64,000 nt of DNA, taken from positions 1,984,001-2,048,000 of the forward strand of contig CAUYUJ010000002.1 in the NCBI GenBank assembly GCA_963575745.1. The letters are read 5' to 3'. The translations under genes were made by a program, and so were the position numbers. Below are positions 37,074 through 49,959 of this stretch, in pieces (position 1 is the first letter of the stretch; every line of letters begins with the position of its first letter). Below the pieces are notes generated by a model that saw nothing but the letters and a program-made list of their open reading frames with translations, did not search any database and was not told where the DNA came from. The stretch is from Prorocentrum cordatum. Taxonomy: Eukaryota.

Positions 37074-37162
<89 letters not shown>

Positions 37163-37165
37163 TTG
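37074..37165. repeat. (GAT)n(GAC)n microsatellite
   Basis: Seen directly; it abuts the SL. Confidence 0.95.
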
Positions 37166-37367
37166 ATGAGGAAGAGGAAAGCAAGAGGGAAACAGAGGAG
37201 GAGGAGGAGGACGGATAAGAGGGGAATGAGGAAGACGAGCAGGAGAAGAAGGGTAGGAGGGGGGTGAGGAAAAAGAGAATAAGGAGAAGGGGGGGGGCCT
37301 GAGGGAGGAGGGACAAGCAGGACCAGCGGGGGAGAGGAGGAGGAGGAGAAGGAGGAGGCGGAGGACC

Positions 37368-38045
37368 AGTGTAAACCCAAAACTCATTAACGATGTTGGA
37401 ATTATCCCTCCCTCCAAGCTTCGTCTTCATAGGCCCCTACAAGGGTTCATGTCCACTGAGGGAACTGCCTCGTTGGGAGACAACCGTTTGAAGACCCTGA
37501 AAAGTGCCAAAACACCATTTTCGGAACTCCAACGCCACGAATCAACCTGACTGTTGAGTCTTGATGATCCTGAACCGTGCCAGAACGCCATTCCTAGACC
37601 TTCTACATAACGAATCAACGTAAATTGTTGCGCCCTCACAATCCAGAGTCCTTCCTACCACCATTTCTCGTACGTTGGCCATAAGAATCCGTGAAACTCT
37701 TGCAGCTGTTGAAGACGAATGCGCGCGGCGTTAAAACGAGAATCACATGTCGGAAAAGAACCACCCTCATTCCGCGAAAATCTTGCAGCCTTTAAGACGA
37801 ATGCGCGCGGCGCTAAGGCGAGAACCACATTCTGAAAAGGAGCCGCCATCAATCCGTGAAACTCTTGCAAGTGTTATAGACAAATGTGCGCGGCGCTAGG
37901 GCGAGAGCCACATTTTGGAAATGACCCGCCCTGGCTCCGGGCAACTCTTATGAATGTTTCAAGCGAATGCGCGCGGCGCCAAAGCGAGAGCCACATTTGG
38001 AAAGCGAGAGCCACATTTGGAAGCTGTTGCCCATTTCTCACCATC
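37368..38045 (+). repeat. Dispersed repeat family G (GCGCGGCGCTAAGGCGAGAACCACAT subrepeats); inverted copy at 51790-52349, related segment at 46730-47270
   Basis: AGTGTAAACCCAA...CGATGTTG..ATTA.CCCTCCCTCCAAGCT matches the reverse complement of 52297-52349. Confidence 0.8.
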
Positions 38046-38331
38046 AGGATCATAAGTGGTGGGGAAGTCACGCGCGAAAGGCCCGGCCCGCCCTTTCGAC
38101 CCGCCTCGGGGTGTGACAGGGAGGAGCTATCTATGAGGAAAATGAATCAATAGGGGGCCGAGAGGAAGAAAAGGAGAAGGGAGGGGGGGGGGCCTGATGG
38201 AGGAGAGACAGGGAGGACCAGCGGGGGATGAGGAGGAGGAGTAGGAGGAGGAAAGGAGAGGAACATGAGGAAGGAGGAGGAGGAGACTACGGGTAGGAAG
38301 ACGACGATATAGTGTACCAAAAAGAAACTAA

Positions 38332-38494
38332 ACATAAAAACTCCGGAGGTCTGGCGCTGGATTTCTAGTTCTCGGATCGGCGCTGCACCCCCCTCCCTGG
38401 CGCGCGGAGCGCGCCAGGGGCGGCGCCGGAGGCGCCGCCGGGGGGGCCCCAGCGCCGATCCGAGAAATCCGCGCGGACCTCTGAGTTTTTATGT
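38332..38494 (+). repeat. T-shaped (branched) inverted-repeat element
   Basis: Outer arms ACATAAAAACTC...CTCGGATCGGCGCTG and CAGCGCCGATCCGAG...GAGTTTTTATGT enclose two GGA-loop hairpins. Confidence 0.85.
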
Positions 38495-38867
38495 GTATGC
38501 CACTTTTTGTTCCCCTAGAACAGGAGGAGGACGACGAGGAGGAAGACGAGGAGGAGGAGGAGGACGACGAGGAGGAGGAGGAGGAGGAGGAGAAGACGAC
38601 GAGGAGGAGGAAGACGACGCGGAGGAGGAGGAGGACGACGAGGAGGAAGACGACGACGAGGAGGACGACGAGGAGGAGGACCACGAGGAGGACGACGACG
38701 ATGGAGGCCGTGGCGCCGCGGTCATACCCACCGGTCCCCTCAGGCGCTGCCGCCGCGCCTCCCCCGGCTGCCGCCGAGACTGGGGCCCCCGGACCGCCGC
38801 GCCTCGCTCGCGGCGACGCCGCGAGGCGCCCACGGGTTTCGGGGCGAGGATCGGGGCGGACGAGAGC

Positions 38868-39041
38868 TCGAGTAGGGGGTCGACTGCAGAATCGATTTAC
38901 CCCAGATTTGGTTTTCTCGTCAAGTCTGAGAAAGACATGCAGAAGTCCCAGCAGAATGCAGAACATTCTAGATTTTCGTCGTAGATTCGATGGAGAATCA
39001 ATTTTGGGGTAAATCAATTCTGTAGTCGATCCCCTACTCGA
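38868..39041. repeat. MITE-like long inverted repeat (family F), uninterrupted copy
   Basis: TCGAGTAGGGGGTCGACTGCAGAATCGATTTACCCCA ... TGGGGTAAATCAATTCTGTAGTCGATCCCCTACTCGA. An interrupted copy lies at 39491-40554. Confidence 0.85.
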
Positions 39042-39559
39042 AAGGCGGGGTGTTGGTAGAGTCCTGATCCTGCCCCAGAGATCCGGGGCGGACGAGAGCG
39101 GGGTGTTTTGGAGGCCTGGAAAGGGGCACCGACACCAACACAGGTGGCTGCCTCCACAGGGGTAAGATGATCCTAGATTTCGGTGTCGGGGGCAATGTTC
39201 CGGCCACCTTGGAAGCCAGAATCTTACCACCATCACCGAGATCGGGATCCTCTTCCCTCGGTGGAGGCACACCGCCTAAATTGGTGCTGGTGTCAACCTT
39301 CTGGCCTGCGACCACGGGGCGGGGCGAGAATCGGGGCGGACGAGAGCGGGGTGTTGGTAGAGTCCTGATCCTGCCCCAGAGATCCGGCAGGCCTCGGAAC
39401 AAGTTAGCGAACACATGCCACATTCATCCGTCAACGCCTCCCCCATCCCCCCAATGTTCAAAGTTGGCGGTGGGTCTGGCGGACGAAAGCTCGAGTAGGG
39501 GATCGACTGCAGAATTGATTTACCCCAGAATTGGTTTTCTCGTCGAATCCGAGAAAAAT

Positions 39560-40449
39560 CCGCCGACCCTGTCGGCGTGTGGAAGAGGCTTCTCCGTCTG
39601 CTCCCTCTTCGTCGTCGTCGATGTTCCTTCTTCTTTCCCCACAGCGTCGTTGCTTCTACCCCTCTCCCAAGGCCGTCGTACTTGAGTCGAAGGGAAGCCC
39701 CTTCCCTTTGATCCCTTCCCGGGGAAGGGGGGGTGGTCCCGGGGTAGCTCCCGCGGGGGGTCCCGGGTTTATACGCCGCCCTCCCGGGGAATCCCGGAGC
39801 CCCAAAAGGCCCCAAGACCGGCCAAGAGTGCCCAAAGAGGCCCCCAAGATGATCCAAGAGGGCCCCGAATCGCCGAGTGATCTGTCCAAGACGCCTTGAC
39901 GGCCTCCAGACGGCCCAAGAGGCCTGCGAGACGCCCCAAGAGGCCTCCAGGACCGTTCCCACGAGAGCCCCAAGAGGCACAAATCATGGATTTCCCATGC
40001 GCTTTTCAAGGATTTTGGCGTTCTCGCCTCTCTCGCTTCCCCACGCGCCAAGACGGCCCAAGAGGCTCCCAAGATCGCCCCGACACGGCCCAAGAGGCCT
40101 CTTGGAGGTCCCCAAACGGCCCAAAAGTGCCCCAAGACGGCCCAAGATGCCTCCCAGATGCACAAAAGGCCCCCAAAACGGTTCCAAGAGAGTGCCCAGA
40201 CGGGGGAACCGAACGGACATTTCGAGCCCTCAGCCCCGAGAAGTTCCCAAGAGGCCCCCCAGGAAGCCCAAAGAGGCCCCAAGAGGCCCCCGAGAGGCCC
40301 CCAAAAAGCTCCCAGGAAGCTACAAAACAAACTAGGAAGCCGCCGACAGAACACAACCCCACACCACACAGACAGAACGCTGTTATTTCTCCCCAATGAC
40401 AGAACGCTGTCTCCAGGGTCGGCGGCATCGGCCGTAAGGCCTTCGCAAT
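39560..40449 (+). mobile_element. Helentron/Helitron2-like non-autonomous element inserted into a family F repeat
   Basis: Subterminal inverted repeats CCGCCGACCCTG (39560) and CAGGGTCGGCGG (40414), a 5' palindrome, a 3' hairpin GGCCGTAAGGCC and a minisatellite interior. The flanks rejoin to give the sequence seen at 38925-38950. Confidence 0.7.
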
Positions 40450-41002
40450 ATGCAGAAGTCCCAGTAGATGGCTGAACATTCTAGATTTTCGTCGTAGATT
40501 CGATGGAGAATCAATTTTGGGGTAAATCAATTCTGCAGTCGATCCCCTACTCGAAAAGCGGGGTGTTGGTAGAGTCCTGATCCTGCCCCAGAGATCCGAC
40601 GTCGTGACTTTTTCAGTGCGGGGTCCCCGGGCCAGTTTTTCGTCCTGAGTTGTTGTTTGACAGTCCCGAGGCCAGGCGAGGGCCCCTAAAGGGCCGAAAT
40701 TTGCGAAAAGCTCCGTCTTGATTTTTGTCAATGCTTTGGATCTCTTGGTCCCTGAGATCCTGGCGTCTCAATTTTTTCGAGCCGGGCGTTTTCGCCCTTT
40801 CTTCGGGCCCTGGGGCCCTCCTAGATCGATCCGGCTCGAGAGACGACGCATAAAGACGGGGTCTGGGGCTCTTTGAATGGTTTTTCACGATGTTGCAACT
40901 TTTCGCTACGTCCCACGCCAGGGTCCTGCCCATCACAAGAGAATCAACGCGGACGTTTTGCCAATCGACGCTCCAAAATGCGCGGCAGGACTGGGCTTGG
41001 GC

Positions 41003-41040
<38 letters not shown>

Positions 41041-41341
41041 GTGTTTATATATATATATATATATATATATATGGTCGCCTCCCCCCCAAAGATCATACAT
41101 TTTCTTTTCTAGTACCGCCATCGTCGATCGATCTCTCCTCCCCCCTCACCCTCCACCTCCTCCTCCTGAAGGAACCCCTGTGGTTTTGTTGTTTTTTCTT
41201 TGGTTTTGCAGGCCCGAATGCTCGCGCTGACCTCCCTCTTAGCACCCTTCCATGCGCCTCAGACCAAGAAAACCAAACATACACAATGTATCGCGCCTTC
41301 GATGCAAGGAAACCCTGTGTACGTTTGTTGTTTTTGGTTTG

Positions 41342-41740
41342 TTCCCAACCATCCTGTGGTGTTGGGTCCTCGTTTTGAAGAGACGGTGGTCCGCGTCTCC
41401 TCCTCCTCTCCTCTCCTCTCCTCTCCTCTCCTCTCCTCTCCTCTCCTCTCCTCTCCTCTCCCTCCACACACCCCTCACACGTTTCGTGGCCCCATAGGGA
41501 GCTCCACCGAAGGCCCCATGGCTGCCGTCCGCATGCTCCCGCACACCCATTTCGGCACACCCCTCACACGTTTCGTGGCCCCACAGGGAGCTCCACCGAA
41601 AGGCCCCAGTGCTGCCGTCCGCATGCGTCCCGCACACCCATTTCGGCACACCCCTCACACGTTTCGTGGCCCCATAGGGAGCTCCACCGAAGGCCCCAGT
41701 GCTGCCGTCCGCATGCGTCCCGCACACCCATATCGGCACA
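41342..41740 (-). repeat. 90-bp satellite (about 3 units) with its conserved 43-bp end, truncated by the gap
   Basis: Reverse complement of the 62214-63607 unit and end motif. Confidence 0.9.
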
Positions 41741-41840
41741 NNNNNNNNNNNNNNNNNNNNNNNNNNNNNNNNNNNNNNNNNNNNNNNNNNNNNNNNNNNN
41801 NNNNNNNNNNNNNNNNNNNNNNNNNNNNNNNNNNNNNNNN
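41741..41840. other. Assembly gap (100 N)
   Basis: Run of N. Confidence 1.
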
Positions 41841-42102
41841 CCTCCTCCTCCTCCTCCTCCTTCTCCTCCTCCCTCGTTCACCTCTCCCTCCTCCCTCCAC
41901 CTCCTTTTCTTCTCCTGCGAATCCTTCCGCTCCTCCGCCTCCTCCTCCCTCCTCCCTCTCCTCCTCGTCGTCCTCGTGCTCGTCCCTGTCCTCCTCCTCC
42001 TCGTCCTCCTCCTCTTTTTCCTCCTCCTTCTTCGCTCCCTCCTCCCCCTCCTAGCCCCTTCGATCAGGGTCGGCGGCACCGGCCGTCAGGTCTCTCCAAT
42101 AT

Positions 42103-43191
42103 CCGTGTTGCCCCCCAGGACCTCCTGGACGCCTTTTGTTCGACCTCTTGGGGGTCTCCTGAGGTACTTGCTTGAACCGCACTTTTTTGAGGCAGTATGA
42201 CTTGCCGCCCGCCCAGCTCCTCAACCCAACGGGCCGCAGCGTCGACGACAAGAAAGTCCATGTTGACGAGCAGGCGTCCCCGCGCGATGCGCGCCGCGTC
42301 CCATCTCTTTTACGCGATTCGCAGCGCCGACGAGGAAGCACATGTTGGCAAGGGAAACGTCGACGTTGCTGTGGCTTTTTGCAGGTAGGACGGGGGGTCC
42401 CGCGTAGGGTTGGTTTGGCGTCCGCGCGCGATGTGCGCCGCGCCCTATTCCTGCTGCGTGCTTCGCAGCGCTAACGACAAGAAAGTCCACGCTGAAGAGA
42501 CAAACGTTGATTTTGCATTGTTTTTGATGTGTGGGACGCGACCACCCGCTTGGGGATACCCAAGCGGTGTTCACTCCGGCCCATTCCTGCTACACTTGTC
42601 GCAGCGTCGACGACAAGAAAGTCCACGCCGACGAGGAACATTTTGACTTTATATTGTTTTTGTTGGGTACGACGCGACCACCCGCTCGGGGTTACCCAAG
42701 CGATGTTTATCCAGTTTTATGTAAGTTGCTTTCTTTCGCATCTCGACGCCATGGTGGCGAGGAAAATATGGAGTTTGGGTTGCTTCTTACAGTTGGGACG
42801 GCGGGCTTGCTATCGGCCGGCTAGGTGGGGGGTTGGGGCGTGGGGGTGTTTAGTCATGAGAAGTAGAGGTTGGGGTTAGGGTTGGGGTCAGGGTTACGAT
42901 CAGTGGTCAGGGTTGGGGTTGGGGGTCGGGTAGGGGTTAAGGTGTAGGGTGAGGGCTAAGGGTAGGGGTGAGGGTGGGGGTTAGGGTTTTGAATCAGGGG
43001 TTGGGGTGGGGATGTGGGTCAAGACCCCCCCCCCGCCCGCAAGCGTCTCGCTCACTCCCACCCGCCCTCCCAACACATACGTAGCACCCGAGTCTGGCCC
43101 GAGCCTCAGCATATTCAGCAGTCGTCTTTGGATGGGTAGCTACTGGGGGCCAACCCGCCGCCGCCACCGCCGCCTCCGCCGCCGCCGCCGC

Positions 43192-43222
<31 letters not shown>

Positions 43223-43289
43223 GCAGCCGCTGCCGCTACCGCCGCGCCGCCGCCGCCGCCACCGCCGCCACGCCGCCGCCGCAGCCGCC

Positions 43290-43320
<31 letters not shown>

Positions 43321-44850
43321 AGCCGCCGCCGCAGCCGCCGCGCTTGCGCCAAGTGTACATTGTATTGTTTTTTTGACAGGGATTGTGGTGGGGGGGAGGG
43401 GGCGCATCGGGTTGCCTGCGCATGTTCCGAATTTGGAGGCAGAGTGTGTTTTGTATTGTTTTTACAAGGGATTGTGGGGGGGGTGTCGTCGTGGATGGTT
43501 GGCCCCGTCGCCTGGGGGGGGGGGTGTTTATTAACAGGGAGCAGTGATATAGGTAGTCAAGTTAGCCAGCTCGAACGAGCCAGAGGGCTCCGTCTACTCC
43601 CACCCGCCCTCCCGCAATATACGAAGCAAGTGCGTCGCGTCCGACGCCTCTCGCTCATCTTTTACCGCGGGCGGCTAGACGTTCAGCGCGCGACATGCGC
43701 TGCGTCCTGCTCCTGCCGCGCATTGAGCAACGTCGACGAGAAACAACACACCGCGCGCGATGAACGCCGCGCCCCGCTCCGGCCTCTCATGTTGCATCGT
43801 CGGCGACAGCATGTCCAGCGCGCGAAGTGCCGCGTCTCATTCCGGCCACGCGCGTTGCACCGCCAATCGTTTCGCTCCTGCCGCGCATGGAGGGGGGAGG
43901 AGGAGGAGGAGGAGGAGGAGGAGGAGAAGGAGGAGGAGGAGGAGGAGAGGAGGGAGGGAGGGAGAAACTGAGGAGGAAGAGGGGGATGTCTCTTGGGAAT
44001 TCGCGTGGCGTCTGGGAACTTTCTCGCATACGCCAGAAGGCTTCTTGGATATGTATTCCGGGTTGGAACATTGTCAACACAAGTAAGTGCTAACCTCACA
44101 ATGCTTCAAACCAAATGAACATCAATATTTGTGTTGCCCCCCAAGACCTCCTGGACGCCTTTTGTTCGACCTCTTGGGGTCTCCTGAGGCATTCGCTTGA
44201 ACTGCACTTGCTGGAGGCATTACGATTTGCCGCCCGCCCAGCTCCTCAACACGACGGGCCGCAGCGTCGACGACAAGGAAGTCCATGTTGACGAGCAGGC
44301 GTCCCCGCGCGTTGCGCGCCGCGTCCCATTCCCGTTGCGCGATTCGCAGCGCCGACGAAGAGAAAATGCATGCTGGCAAGAAATATGTCGACGTTGCTGT
44401 GTTTTTTTGACAGGTAGGACGGGGGGTCCCGCGTAGGGTTGGCCAGGCGTCCGCGCGCGATGTGCGCCGCGTCCCATTCGTGTTACTTTTGCGTAGGCGT
44501 CGACGACAAGAAAGTCCATCTTGACGAGGAAAACGTTGACTTTGCGTGTTTTTTTGGGACAGGTAGGACGCGACCACCCGCTTAAGGTTACCCGAGCGAT
44601 GTTCGATCCGTCCCATTCGTGCTTTACGTTTCGCAACTCGACGACACGCTGGCGAGAACAAATTGAGTCTGCATTGTTTTTTGACAGTTCGGACGGCGGG
44701 GTTGCCATCGGCCGGCTACGTGGGGACGCGGGGGTGCTTAATCATAAAAAGTAAGGATTCGGCGTAGGGTCGGGGTTAAGATTAGGAGTGGGGGGGTGGG
44801 TTAGGGGTTAGGGGTTAGGACAGGGATTCGGTTAAGGGTTAGGTGTGGTA
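42103..44850 (+). repeat. Second composite array: D, telomere-like block (42868-43010), B (43026-43530), C (43556-44120), D, telomere-like block (44760-44850)
   Basis: Modules match those at 25068-28192. Confidence 0.85.
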
Positions 44851-47800
44851 GGGATCGGGTTCCGGAACCAAGGGGCGGCGTGGCGAAAGGTGGGAAAAGG
44901 GGGGGAGGGAGGTCCGAATTCCACTCAAAAAGGAGGGGGGGGTCTGTACCCGCCCCCCCCCCCCGTTTGAAAAAGGCGGGGGGGGGGATCGCCGGCGACG
45001 GATCGGGAAAGGGATGGGGGAGGGGTCCGCCGACGACGGATCGGGGAAAGGGGAGGGGGGGTGGGGGGTACAGGACTTTTTTGGCGTCGTGAACTTGTTC
45101 GCGCTGCCCCGGCGTGTGGGCCGACCTATGGTTAAGTCGGGCCTGTCCTTCTACAGGAGGACCATTTTTGAGTATTTGTTGAATATGTTTAATGCTTCGT
45201 CCAAAATCCGCCTGCCCGACCTAACCCCAGGGCCCGACCCCCCCCTGAAGCCGAAGTCGGCAAGAATCGCGCGTCGTGGGTTTGTTCGCGCTGCCCCGAC
45301 GTGGAGGCTGACCTATCGCGTTTGGGCCCATCGGCTGTAGTTCCCAAATCGCCAAATCGATCCCCCAGCCCTTCGCGGACACCATCCTGACCAGTGCCGT
45401 TCTAGCTGCCTCCGGCCGTGGACGCGAGAGCGCCCAACAGAAAATAGCGGCAGCAGCAGGAAGAGGAGCAGGACGAAGAGCGCATGCACCCAGCAGTACG
45501 CATCTAGTGGGTTTCGGCCCATCACTCGGAGGTTGATAAACCTCCTACCCTGACGCGTCGATTAGCGAATTGGCCGTTTTCGGTTCGCGAGAGGGCGTTG
45601 CGGCCGTCATTTTTGCGGGTCCAGGTCCGTCGGTTTCGGTCTTGGGCCGTTTTCATTAAAGGGTGGTTTACTAAAGGGAGGTTTGTCCACCGCCGAATCA
45701 TGCCGCCTTGCATGGGTCGTGGGTCAGAGCAGTGCTGGATGCATCCCAGTGTCTCTTGGGATGCCTCTCGGGGGTCTCTGCCTCTTGGGGTGTCTTGGGG
45801 GCATGTTCGGGGTTGCGAGGGTCATCTGGGATGGAAAGTCTCCCACGGCCCCGTCGTGAACCCCCTCTTGGGGCCCTTTGAGTGGCTTATTGAGCCGTCT
45901 TGGGGGCCTCTCGGGAGCCTCTCGGGAGCCTCCTGAATTATCTTGGAGCGATACTGGGTGCCTATTGGGCCGTCTTGGAGGCCATGAAGCTCGAAAGCGC
46001 GAGTGCCCCAAAAACGTCCAACGGCTTGTTGTGGTCATCAATGCTTTGGGCCTCTTGGGGCTCATCTCGGAACCCTCTGGGGACGAACTGGAGGCCTCTG
46101 GGGCCGCCTGGAGACCGTCTTGGGCCGTCTCAGAGCGATCTTAGGCCGTATCGGGGCCTCCTAGACCGTCTTGGGGTCCTATTGGGCGAGTCTTGGTTTC
46201 TGGCCTCAGGGAAGTCACGCGACACACCCGGGAAAGCACTCACCACGCTTTGGTAAATCTGCGAGCTGGAGCTGGAGCATTTGCAGCACTCAAGACATAA
46301 AACTCGAAGGGACCTAAGGACACTTCATTCAGTGCCTACCGCACGGTGGCGGACGATGGGCAGAAGGAGAAGCGGTCTCCAACTACCCGAAAGTCCCCAG
46401 AGGACTCCAGGGGCGTGCAGAGATATATCATTGGAAATGTCGGAGGCCTCAGAGGCTTCCACAGGTTCATGGAGATACAAACAAAGCCACGAGTATGAGA
46501 AAGATTCCAGCATCGGGGCTCGAGTCGTCCTCCCCCTCCCCCTCCCCATCCTCCTCCTCCTGCTCATCCCCCTCCTCCTCCTCTTCCTCCTACTTCTCCT
46601 CCTCCTCCTCCTCATCATCATCCATCCTTCTTCATCATGAAGAGCTCCCCCTTCGCGACACCAGGCGCGTTGGTTGGCAGGGTGGGCCAGGCATTGCGCC
46701 TCAGATTCACACACAGCTTATGAACCTGAAGCTCGAAAATTCCAACAGCTAAGTACACGTATGTAGGGCGGTTCGTGTTCAACATGTGGTTCTCGCTATA
46801 TCGTTGCGCACATTCATCGCCAAAGCCCCCACACGTTGCAAGAGCGGAAGGCGGAAGTGTCAAAATGTGGTTCTCGCCAGAACGCCGCGCACATTCATTT
46901 TTTTCACTGCCAACAGCTACACGGGTGGAGGGCGCCCCCTTTTCGAAATGCTGTTCTCGTTTGAGACTTATTCAGCTCACGTTGTTTTACCATAAGTGTA
47001 AAATTGTGCAACAGCTATAAGCATGGAGGGCGGTTCCTCATTTACGCGGGTGTTTCGCTAGACGTGTCTTCAACAGCGTTTGCAACATGCGTAACATGGT
47101 GCAGCAACTCCGGGGATCGAGGGCGACGCTTCTCAAAATGCGGATACCGTTGGACATGCCCTCGAAGTGTGTGTTCTTTTCAACACGGGCTTCTCGCATG
47201 AATGGCAGGCCCATGTGGCGCTCGTCTTTCCAGAGGGCGCTTCCCGCAGTGACGAATAAGCATGTTGGGACCTCCGAGGAGGGCATGTTGGACGGGAGGG
47301 TGTATTGCAGAATCGTTGGTGTAGATTGGGTTGCTGCGGTCATCATCCTCAGCAGCAGCAGCATCATCATCAACATCAGCAGCAGCAGCATCATCAGCAT
47401 CATCAGCATTATCAGCATCATCAGCATCATCATCACCATCATCACCATCATCATCACCATCATTATCATCACCATCATCAGCATCAGCATCATCATCAGC
47501 ATCAGCAACATCATCATTATTTTCCTCATCCTCATCCTCAACCTCGTCTGCCTTCCCCAATCTATTCAAAAAATTGCCTACGGGCCTCTCCTTGGGCGCG
47601 TCTGGACTAGAACCTTGAAGCGGATTCGGCCGTGGCCACAAGGGCAGCCCAGGACATCCAAAAGGGCGACAAAAAAACGATCAAGAACCTCCTGCCCCAC
47701 TCCGGAGGAGGAAGAGCATGAGGAGGAGGAGGAGGAGGAGGAGGGGAGCAGGAGGAGGAGGTAGGACGTGGAGGGAGGACGGAGGGAAAGATGGCCCCCC

Positions 47801-49959
47801 CTCCCAGACATTCAAACGTCGCGACTGTTTCAAAACTTGGACCCCCTTCTCCGGGACCAGCTTTCCATCACAGTGAGGGCCCCGGAAGGCCGAACAGGTA
47901 ACAGACAATTCCCGTCGTGATTTCTTCAAGACGCGAGTGATTTTCGTTTTATATTCAGCTGCCTCCTGCAATTCCGCCACCGTGCCAGCGCAGCATTCTG
48001 GGTGTCAATTACTCGAGAAGACAAGGGGGCCTGCTGGGGGGTTCTTGGGGCAGAAGGTTCGATCTCTGGGTTCGTGTTCCCACTCTTGGGCCCTTCTTGG
48101 AGCCTTCTTGGGACCCTCTTGGGCAGTCGTGAGCGCATCCTGGGCCGTCTTGGAGCTCTCTTGGGCTGTCTTGGAGCTTTCTTGGGACCCTCTTGAGCTG
48201 TCTCGGGGGGGCGTCTTGGGCGCCTCTGAGCTGAGCCATCTTGGAGCGTCGGAAGCTCTAAAAGACGAGAACCCGAAAAGCATGAACGAAACAAAGGAAC
48301 ATAGTTGGTTGTTGCCTCTCGGGGCCATCTGAGGGGCCTCTTGGGGGCCTCTGTTGGCACTCCTGGAGCCTCCTGAGCCCTCTTGGGGCGGAAGCTCGAA
48401 TGGTCGTCTCGCGTTCACCCTCTGGGCCCTTCCTGGGGCCGTCCGGGGGCCCTCTTGGGCATTCTGGGGCGCCTCTTGGGTCGCCTTCGGACGTCGGAAG
48501 CTCCAACAGGCGAGAACCCGAAAAACAGTGAAAAGCCGAATGACAATAAATGATGTGTGCCTCTCGAGGCCCTCTTGAGAAGGCTCTTGGGACTGTCTTG
48601 GGACGCCTCGAGGGCCTCGTGGGCCGTCTTAAAGCCATGTTGGCCCGTCTTGAGGCCAACATGGCGGTTGGAGCTAAATTGCGCCGTCTTGGAGACATCT
48701 GGGCTTTGGGAGCGCGAAGATGTTGTATTTTGCGAGGGGCTATGGCCTCGGGAAGGGAGGGCGATGCGGCCCCCTGGACGCTAGAGAAGGGGGGCCAGAT
48801 AGACCTTGGCATTCTTCCACGCCTCAACGTTCGGGGGCGGCAAAGAGGGGGGTGATGACTAGGGGTGTGTGGATATGATGGCGAAGGCCATGATAACTCC
48901 CCAGAATTCATGACGCCTCTTCTTATTTCAATACGTCCCCGCCCCCCCCCCTGGGCCGCGCACATGCCGCTGGCCATGAGTTGCGCCCCGTCCTCTTGGA
49001 GGCCCCCCTCTTGGACGCCCCCGACACGTGCACAAGGTACGGCGGCGGATCCCGAGCCTCCATCGACCTCTCGGGACCATCCAGGCACCCCAGGAACGCT
49101 CTCGGCGAGGCGCAAATTGCTGGAGAGCACCCCAAGGCCGCAGAACCGACGAGAACGTCCACATGCTTTGGAACCTCTAACCTCGAAACTTCGCCAGCCT
49201 CCCCTGAATGTGCTCGTTGTTTGATTCCTTGTTTTGCCGATCGGCGCGAGCCCTCGCACACCCCTCCTCCCCCCCCCATGCCCCCATGGAGTAGGTCTTG
49301 GCTGCTTGGGGCGCCTGTTTCGAGCAGGTGTAGCCCCTCCCCCATTGGACGCACGTTCCCAAACAGTCGCACTAAGCAGACGTCCAGAGCCAGACCCCCC
49401 CCCGCCCTTCCTTCGGCCCAATGTCGAAACGCCGAATCAGAAAACGATCTCCTGAATCGGCTACTCGTACGGGTGTCCCTTCGGCGGAGCGACCGTCAGA
49501 GCGGGCCCACACGGATCCCGCCAGGAAAGGCTGGCGCGCTTGGATTGCTTGGAGGTGGGCCTTCCCGGCGGCCCTTTGAAGCCGCGTACCAAAGGCCTCT
49601 CGTCCTTACTATATCTCATGAATGACAAGATTGGGGAGGCTTGTCCAAGGGGGGTTGTCCAGGGTCCAGGAGGGTTGTCCAAAGGGTTGTTTGGGCAGCG
49701 TTGTCTTGCCAGCACGTGCACATGTCGCTATCATACATCCATCAGAAGCATGACACAACCAGGGAAACCCAGCTGGAAATCTCGCCTCTCATTCCCCCTT
49801 CCCCTCCTGTCCGTTCCTCGTCTCTCGTCACCCCCTTCCGCTCCCGTTCGGACGCCCTCTTTTACCACGCTTCCACAAACAGCTGTGCTGACTGGGGTCC
49901 CGTTGCGGTAGAAGCTAGTTCTTGCCAAGGGGCTAGCGCTCAGAGACATCTGCCAACAT

